From Marsupella aquatica (lineage: Eukaryota; Plantae; Marchantiophyta): a DNA stretch of 64,000 nucleotides. Position 1 is the stretch's first letter. Every line of letters starts with the position of its first letter. The notes under the pieces were generated by a model. It was not told where the DNA came from and did no database searches. It saw only the letters and a program-made list of their open reading frames with translations. The translations under genes were made by a program, and so were the position numbers. The stretch lies in assembly GCA_973895155.1 (NCBI GenBank), contig OZ316896.1:11670830-11734829 (forward strand). Direction: 5' to 3'. Positions 63,789 through 64,000 of the stretch are shown here, in pieces.

Positions 63789-64000
63789 TGTCACGTCGTA
63801 GGCTTCGGCCTTAACTCAGACTTCAGCTTAGACGGGCACATCCCTCGTAAATCTGAGGGTTCGGGCAGGAAGGGAAGCACGTAATGCACCTTATTCTCAT
63901 AAACTAGCGCTAAGTGCGCCTACTGCTAAATACGGATACCTCCTAGGTATGGTTTGTGTTCCGCCGCCGGAACGTACCTTAGTCGATAGCAGGATCGACC
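63789..64000. mobile_element. Start of an LTR-type insertion in the CACTA transposase
   Basis: Transposase frame breaks at TGTCAC (63789). TAGGTATG...TTCCGCCGCCGGAA near 63944-63972 resembles 43511-43538 of the 4.67-kb insertion. Confidence 0.65.

Overview
Eukaryotic nuclear DNA from a land plant, probably a non-seed plant such as a liverwort (inferred from an MTPSL-type terpene synthase gene). A small host-gene island (~11.4-27.9 kb) holds a probably damaged microbial-type terpene synthase, a 4'-phosphopantetheinyl transferase, and a plastid ascorbate peroxidase whose last exons appear to splice in frame into a complete RBD1-type rubredoxin plus TM helix. The rest is nested, mostly decayed transposons: a Ty1/copia element, a solo LTR, an RLE-type LINE fragment, a Helitron and a CACTA end. 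The main element is a 22.6-kb Mutator-like transposon (37266-59831, perfect 9-bp TSD CACCAATCC) inserted in the Helitron Rep gene. It carries a DDE/SWIM transposase, a Ulp1 protease, two F-box genes, and a multi-exon gene predicted to join a ParB/Srx-like domain to a degenerate beta-class amino-DNA-methyltransferase-like domain. Its non-coding parts contain dozens of copies of a 21-bp palindrome. Two 4-4.7 kb TG...CA insertions with 5-bp TSDs (one perfect, one diverged) look like solo LTRs that contain long PMD-like/coiled-coil ORFs. All calls come from manual reading; no database searches were run.
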